From: Planctopirus limnophila DSM 3776
GTDB lineage: Bacteria > Planctomycetota > Planctomycetia > Planctomycetales > Planctomycetaceae
Direction: 5' to 3'
Assembly: GCF_000092105.1 (NCBI RefSeq)
Contig: NC_014148.1
Coordinates: 2,550,001-2,582,000 of the forward strand
DNA: 32,000 bases
This document shows, piece by piece, positions 27,062-32,000 of the stretch (positions within the stretch are counted from its first letter, which is position 1; each line of letters begins with the position of its first letter). A program made the position numbers and the translations under genes. The notes beneath the pieces are model-generated. The model saw only the letters and a program-made list of their open reading frames with translations, was not told where the DNA came from and made no database searches.

Positions 27062-28186
27062 TCAATCTCTCCCCAGAATCTGATGATACAGAACGTCATA
27101 GGCTATTTGGGGGTATGGCCCTAATCCTTCAAACTGCACGAGAGTGATGAGCAGGCATCCTGCCAACAGCAAAGTCACTGCCAGTGCTTTTCCCAGATCC
27201 TGTCCCTGCAGACTCCCAAGTTGCTGTGGCTCACCAGAAAGATAGGCGGAAGCGGCAAACAATTCCTCTCCCAGAAGTGTGTAATCACACGATGCCACAA
27301 AAAACGGAAGTTGCGACGATTCAGCAGTCCCGGCAATTTGAATCGCACCGACAGAATTTCCATTTTCCGCTAGCAGTAGTGATTCCGCAAAAAACTGGCC
27401 CATATAAAAGCAAGCTGCTGGCTTTTCCCGCTGTGTCCAGCCGCAAACTTCAGCCACATAAGCAAACTGTTCATCGGTGATGTATCGAACCGAGTCATCG
27501 TTATAGACGTCCGGCTTGCCGGCTTCGATGCATGCCGCCTGAACCACTTCACGGGCAGCCGTCATCACCAGTGACCTGGCCGTTGGAACATGCACATTGT
27601 TCTCATACGCTGCCGACTCCTTCGCGACTGACGATAGGACACTCAGACCGGCCACGGTCTGCAATTCATTCAAATCCATGATTCCGGGGACGAACAACAC
27701 GGGACGCCCCATTTCGGTTGCCCGCCCCACAGCTTCTTCAATCGCCTTCAAACCGGCAATCGGTCGGACATAAACTTTGGCACCCATTCTCGCGCGGAAG
27801 GTGCAGATCAACACGCTGAAACAGACCGCCAGCACCAGAATGAGTGACCAGAACCTTTTCTCAGAGAATAGCTTCGAGGCCGTATCTTCAAGGGGATTTT
27901 CTGCGGCCTCATTGGCAGGAGGCGTGGCCATCTCTGCTGAAGGAGTGACCACATCGGAAGAGGACTCCATCTGAACATCAGACTGAGTCGTGGTGGGGAC
28001 TCCGGGAGTTTCCTGCAGGGTAATCGTTTCGGCCGCTTGCGATATCGCATTCAAAGGAAGCGAGCAAATGGCCAAGACCCACATCATGGCCAAAGAACAA
28101 TTCAACCATCGCCAAACGGAACGCAAAGCGTTACCGGTTGAGGAGTGCACCCTGCCTGACAACCATTCAAGATGTGACGATCCCAT
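27062..28186 (-). CDS. Membrane protein with an N-terminal signal/TM, an acidic linker, a second TM, a ~230-aa soluble domain and a C-terminal TM; unknown function
   Basis: 374 aa. The ATG is 3 nt after the stop of the upstream gene. Helices include MMWVLAICSLPLNAI, FWSLILVLAVCFSVLICTF and ALAVTLLLAGCLLITLV. The soluble core contains GRPVLFVPGIMDLNELQTVAGLSVL. No confident family assignment. Confidence 0.75.
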   Translation of the reverse strand: MGSSHLEWLSGRVHSSTGNALRSVWRWLNCSLAMMWVLAICSLPLNAISQAAETITLQETPGVPTTTQSDVQMESSSDVVTPSAEMATPPANEAAENPLEDTASKLFSEKRFWSLILVLAVCFSVLICTFRARMGAKVYVRPIAGLKAIEEAVGRATEMGRPVLFVPGIMDLNELQTVAGLSVLSSVAKESAAYENNVHVPTARSLVMTAAREVVQAACIEAGKPDVYNDDSVRYITDEQFAYVAEVCGWTQREKPAACFYMGQFFAESLLLAENGNSVGAIQIAGTAESSQLPFFVASCDYTLLGEELFAASAYLSGEPQQLGSLQGQDLGKALAVTLLLAGCLLITLVQFEGLGPYPQIAYDVLYHQILGRD

Positions 28187-28189
28187 CGG

Positions 28190-29326
28190 TCAGGTCTCCA
28201 GTAATTCAACGTTTGCGCGGGGTACTGTCACATGACGACCATCGGCCAGAGCCACAATCAACACACGTGCTTTCGCACCCGAATCGAGCAGCAGCGGCTC
28301 ATGCGGCAATTTCAAAACCTTACCAATCACTCCGAACCACGGATCTCGGATGATGCGTACGGCTGCACCATCGGTCAAAAACACCGGTTCCTGTGATCGA
28401 CCTGTTTCTACCGAGATCGCCAAATTGTTCTGTTCGACTTCCGGAATCACGACTTCGGGCCGCATCACACCGGCACGAATTTGAGTGGCCCCATTGCAGG
28501 AGCCGTAGCAACCAACTTTTGATTTGAAGAGTTCAAAAGTTCGTCTGGCCATCGGGATCTCACCAAAGCCTTCGGTGATGACCAGAGTCGTACCAAGTTT
28601 TTCAGTACCGGTAATCGCGACCCCCAGATCATACCCCAGAATCTCACGCAAGTCGGAATCATCAATCCCTCCCGAAACCAGAGCTGAGATTCCCAGATGA
28701 GCCGCTTTACGAACAGCCCCTTCCGTCATGCGACCGCCGCCAACGACAATTTTCCCCCGGTAACTGCTATTCAAGCGATCTTCTGTCAAAGTCTCCTCGG
28801 GTGATTGGCCAGCGAGTACAATTTCGCCATAGGCTTCGGAACCAATTCCAAATATCCCCTGGACGACAGCGGCCCGACTGGTGACCACCACACCTTCTTG
28901 AGGAACAACTTCAGTCACAACTCCACTCAAATAAGCAGCCACCTCGATGACTTGTGGTTCACTGCGAATGAGGACCTGCCCGGTAATGGGAGAAATCGAT
29001 TCGACCACACCGCCACAGGGGGCACAGACACTGCGAGGCGACCAGCCGAAAAGCCCACCGGTCCATGCCAATTCCTCATCCATCGAAATCGGGTCGCCCA
29101 ATTTCTTGAGAAGGAATTTGGGGACATCGCTGGGAGAAACCTGCAGCAGGCGGGCGATATTGACTGGGTACGGCTCACCGGGGAGCTGTGCCCGAGCCAC
29201 TCCCTGCCGAGCACTGACAACATCTCCCACAGAAGCCAGTACTTCGCCAGGAATCGGCAGTAATCGCTTCGAATGCCAGACGGTCTGGCGGCTGATTGTC
29301 AGTCCTGGGACGTAGGCTTTCGCCAT
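28190..29326 (-). CDS. Soluble protein with a barrel-sandwich-hybrid-like N-domain and a Gly-rich alpha/beta C-region; unknown function
   Basis: ATG 29326 (MAKAYVPGLTI...); the track start at 29389 is a TTG. GEVLASVGDVVSARQGVA ... APCGGVVESISPITGQVLI resembles lipoyl/biotinyl and NqrA/RnfC N-terminal hybrid barrels. It is followed by GKIVVGGGRMTEGAVRKAAHLGISALVSGGIDD. No TM segments. Confidence 0.75.
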   Translation of the reverse strand: MAKAYVPGLTISRQTVWHSKRLLPIPGEVLASVGDVVSARQGVARAQLPGEPYPVNIARLLQVSPSDVPKFLLKKLGDPISMDEELAWTGGLFGWSPRSVCAPCGGVVESISPITGQVLIRSEPQVIEVAAYLSGVVTEVVPQEGVVVTSRAAVVQGIFGIGSEAYGEIVLAGQSPEETLTEDRLNSSYRGKIVVGGGRMTEGAVRKAAHLGISALVSGGIDDSDLREILGYDLGVAITGTEKLGTTLVITEGFGEIPMARRTFELFKSKVGCYGSCNGATQIRAGVMRPEVVIPEVEQNNLAISVETGRSQEPVFLTDGAAVRIIRDPWFGVIGKVLKLPHEPLLLDSGAKARVLIVALADGRHVTVPRANVELLET

Positions 29327-29622
29327 GCTGAACTTTCTGTTGGAAACTTCGCATTGTTCTACAGAACTTGCCACAAGCTCACAAATCAAAAATTGCCTCT
29401 GTGAGCTAAGTGAGATTCGGCAACTGTCTCTCCTCTTGATCGTTAAGACCGATCCCTTGAATTTTCAGGGCATTGAGCCGCTGGTTTCGTTAAGCTCTCA
29501 TCTGTTGATAACAGAGTACGAGTGTCGATTTCCCAAATCGATTCCGGCCCCACAACACCGTCGACATGGTCTGATGATCTGAAATGAATTCTCAAGTTGA
29601 TCTCCTCCAGACACAGCCCCAA

Positions 29623-29856
29623 ATGAACGAAGTGATCATACGCACTCGCGAAAATGGCCCGTTGGTCATTACAGGCCCGGTGACAATCATTGATCATCAG
29701 TACTCGCGGTTTGACCTGCCACCGGGAAAGAACATCGCTCTGTGTCGCTGTGGGGCCAGCCAGAACAAGCCTTTCTGTGACGGGGCACATCGACAGTGCG
29801 GCTTCATCGCCACAGAACTTGCCACGGGCCACAACTCACCAGATGCTTCGCATTGA
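29623..29856 (+). CDS. CDGSH-type iron-sulfur domain protein
   Basis: NGPLVITGPV...ALCRCGASQNKPFCDGAH fits C-x-C-x2-S-x3-P-x-C-D-G-(S/A)-H. ATG 29623 gives the usual short N-terminus. An alternative ATG lies at 29584. Confidence 0.85.
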   Translation: MNEVIIRTRENGPLVITGPVTIIDHQYSRFDLPPGKNIALCRCGASQNKPFCDGAHRQCGFIATELATGHNSPDASH

Positions 29857-29898
29857 AATTTTTTGACCGCACCCATTCGATTAAACCAGACAACTTGA

Positions 29899-32000
29899 AT
29901 GACACTTCTTCGAGAAACCATTATGGCTTTGACTGCTCATACAGGATGGATCACCTTCTCAGACTTGTGGCGAATAAGTTGCTCTTCCCGCTGGAGTCAT
30001 TGCCTTGGTGGTTGTGGTCTGCTGGTGTTGAACCTCATCTGTACAACCCCGCTGGCAGCGCAATCAACAACGACAAACGCTCATCTTCTCGCCCAGGTGA
30101 CGACCAAAAAAGCTCCACCCGAACCGATCGATCCGGCATCATTGACGAGTATCGAAGAGATCCAGAAGCTGCGACAGGTAAGCCAACTCAAGGATTTAGA
30201 ACTCCCCCGACCTGCCCAGCCTGCTGACATCCAGGTGTTTCTCAAAGCCATTGACTGGGCTTTGCGTCATGAGGAAATTCGCAACAGCACGCAACGAGAT
30301 GCACTTCTTCGAGTCACCAGACAAGGGCTGAATCGAGTCGCTGCCGCTGAGAAAAAACAAGCTCCCTGGTTGGCTCCCGGTGGACAGCATGTTCTGGGTT
30401 ATGTTTCGGAAGTCGACGAATCGATCCAGCCCTATTCGCTCTGGATTCCCGAAGGTTATCAGCAGGAAAGCGCGGATCGATGGCCACTCGAAGTCGTGCT
30501 TCACGGCCGAGACAATGATTTGAACGAAGTGAAATTCATTGACCAGCATGAGGGAAAGACTCTCAAGCAGTCTCCGAAACATTTTCGTCTGGAAGTTTTT
30601 GGCAGAGGAAATAATGCCTATCGCTGGGCCGGAGAGACAGATGTCTTCGAAGCGATCCGGGATGTGACGAGGCGATTTCGCATTGACGATCAGAGAATCA
30701 ACCTGTGGGGATTTTCCATGGGTGGTGCCGGTGCCTGGCATCTGGGTGTCCATCATCCGGATCGATGGTCTTCTGTGGGAGCTGGTGCCGGCTTTGCTGA
30801 TACGATTGTCTACCAGAAGCTCAAAGAGCCCATCGAGTCTCCGCGTCGAGAGCTGTTGCGAATCTACGATGCGATCGACTATGCCCCCAATGCGGGATTA
30901 GTTCCCATGATTGGCTACGGTGGATCGGAGGATCCTCAACTCGCGGCCGCACAGACCATGCAGAAAGCGGCTCGTGAAGCGGGAGTGGAGATCCCGGTAT
31001 TGATCGGGCAGGGGGTGGCACACAAATGGCATCCAGAATCCGAACAGGAGTTTCAGGCTTTTCATGATCGATATCGCCAATCGGGGCGCGTTCGTTTTCC
31101 ACTGAATCCGAAGATTCGCTTTACGACCTGGACAGTCAAATACCCTGAAGCCGACTGGCTGAAAGTCATTCGACAGGAGTTCCCTTACCAGATTTCGTCG
31201 ATTGATGCGTATATAAAAAATGACGCTGACCTTGTCGAAGTCTCGACGAAAAACGTGGCGATCCTGAGTGTGGATCGCCAGGCCGCCGAGTCGATCCGGA
31301 TTGATGGCAGCGAGGTTATGCCTCTAAGGAATGCTGCCGAAGGCTTGCTTCCCGACGTGTATTACGAACTTCGTGGCAACGGTTGGAAACAACTGGAGTA
31401 CAAAGCCTCGCGCGATGTCGAGATTAATGACATGAGGCACAAGCATCATCGCCTGCAAGGCCCCATTGATGACGCCTTTACTCAACCATTCGTGCATGTG
31501 ACGGGGAGCGGGCGGGCATGGAATAGCAGTCACGAGGCATACACGAACTGGTCTCTCAAAAGAAGTCAGCAGGAGTTTGATCGATGGCTGCGCGGGAGAC
31601 CGCCGGCAATTGTGGATAACGGTCTGAGTGATGAGATTCTTATGGACAAAAATCTGATTCTGTGGGGAGATCCCGGGTCAAACACACTGATCGCACGAAT
31701 TGTCGATCAACTTCCCATCGAATGGACAAAAGACAGAATTGTCGTGAACGGGAAAGAGTTTTCACCCCAGAACCATGCCATCGCGATGATTGTGCCGAAT
31801 CCACTGAACTCGCTCAAATACGTTGTGATCAACAGTGGTCACACATTCCATGAAGCTGAGTTCAAAGGTTCGAACGCTCAATTATATCCTCGTCTGGGAG
31901 ATCTGGCGGTTATTCGTTTTGAACAGCAGGAAAACGGCAGTTTTCGGGAAGAAATCGTGGAAAATCTCATTCTCGACAGCCGGTGGCAAATTCCTCAGCA
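29899..32000 (+). CDS. Exported alpha/beta hydrolase (esterase / prolyl-oligopeptidase-like serine hydrolase) with a large C-terminal extension; 3' end lies beyond the right edge
   Basis: Absent from the track because there is no stop in the window. Hand translation in frame 1 from ATG 29899 (or 29923) stays open to 32000. It shows a signal-like LLVLNLICTTPLAAQ, a nucleophile elbow NLWGFSMGGAGAW (GxSxG at 30709-30723) and GYGGSEDPQ. Confidence 0.85.
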   Translation, partial: MTLLRETIMALTAHTGWITFSDLWRISCSSRWSHCLGGCGLLVLNLICTTPLAAQSTTTNAHLLAQVTTKKAPPEPIDPASLTSIEEIQKLRQVSQLKDLELPRPAQPADIQVFLKAIDWALRHEEIRNSTQRDALLRVTRQGLNRVAAAEKKQAPWLAPGGQHVLGYVSEVDESIQPYSLWIPEGYQQESADRWPLEVVLHGRDNDLNEVKFIDQHEGKTLKQSPKHFRLEVFGRGNNAYRWAGETDVFEAIRDVTRRFRIDDQRINLWGFSMGGAGAWHLGVHHPDRWSSVGAGAGFADTIVYQKLKEPIESPRRELLRIYDAIDYAPNAGLVPMIGYGGSEDPQLAAAQTMQKAAREAGVEIPVLIGQGVAHKWHPESEQEFQAFHDRYRQSGRVRFPLNPKIRFTTWTVKYPEADWLKVIRQEFPYQISSIDAYIKNDADLVEVSTKNVAILSVDRQAAESIRIDGSEVMPLRNAAEGLLPDVYYELRGNGWKQLEYKASRDVEINDMRHKHHRLQGPIDDAFTQPFVHVTGSGRAWNSSHEAYTNWSLKRSQQEFDRWLRGRPPAIVDNGLSDEILMDKNLILWGDPGSNTLIARIVDQLPIEWTKDRIVVNGKEFSPQNHAIAMIVPNPLNSLKYVVINSGHTFHEAEFKGSNAQLYPRLGDLAVIRFEQQENGSFREEIVENLILDSRWQIPQ

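Noticed and set aside
30196-30756. 186-aa minus-strand ORF
   Set aside because: It is antisense to the alpha/beta hydrolase frame, which carries the GxSxG nucleophile elbow. It has no motifs of its own.

Overview
This is a dense, core-looking chromosomal segment with about 27 protein genes. By eye it is roughly 85-90% coding with GC in the low-to-mid 50s %; neither figure was computed.

Gene content points to Planctomycetota (PVC group):
- a 1110-aa exported protein with the Pirellula/Verrucomicrobium-type membrane-bound-dehydrogenase N-domain, HEAT repeats and a C-terminal CxxCH heme domain
- exported ThuA-like and PQQ-like beta-propeller proteins
- a short CsrA

Left to right the window holds:
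- a truncated FAD oxidoreductase
- an envelope-glycan cluster (SDR epimerase/dehydratase, 625-aa polytopic membrane protein, GT9 heptosyltransferase)
- an FtsX-type ABC permease with its ATPase, then a MATE exporter
- a small membrane protein, a degenerate RmlD-like protein and a GNAT
- a GalT-family (ADP-glucose-phosphorylase-like) enzyme
- the big heme/HEAT protein
- csrA and glgC
- a ThuA-like protein, a DUF2237 protein, a PQQ-propeller protein, a CBM9/DOMON-like protein and a Pro-rich exported protein
- an OYE-type flavin oxidoreductase and mog
- a three-gene membrane-associated module of unknown function
- a CDGSH iron-sulfur protein
- a truncated alpha/beta hydrolase

The two edge genes are absent from the supplied ORF track because they have no stop codon inside the window; I translated them by hand.

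I found no rRNA, tRNA, CRISPR array, transposase, integrase, phage gene or recognisable defence gene, and I see no convincing evidence of a dramatic novel system. The best candidates for follow-up are the uncharacterised three-gene module at 26.2-29.3 kb, and the csrA / glgC / ADP-glucose-phosphorylase neighbourhood together with its long structured non-coding flanks. Several ORF-track starts were trimmed to internal ATG/GTG codons on the basis of signal peptides, Shine-Dalgarno (SD) sequences or family N-termini.
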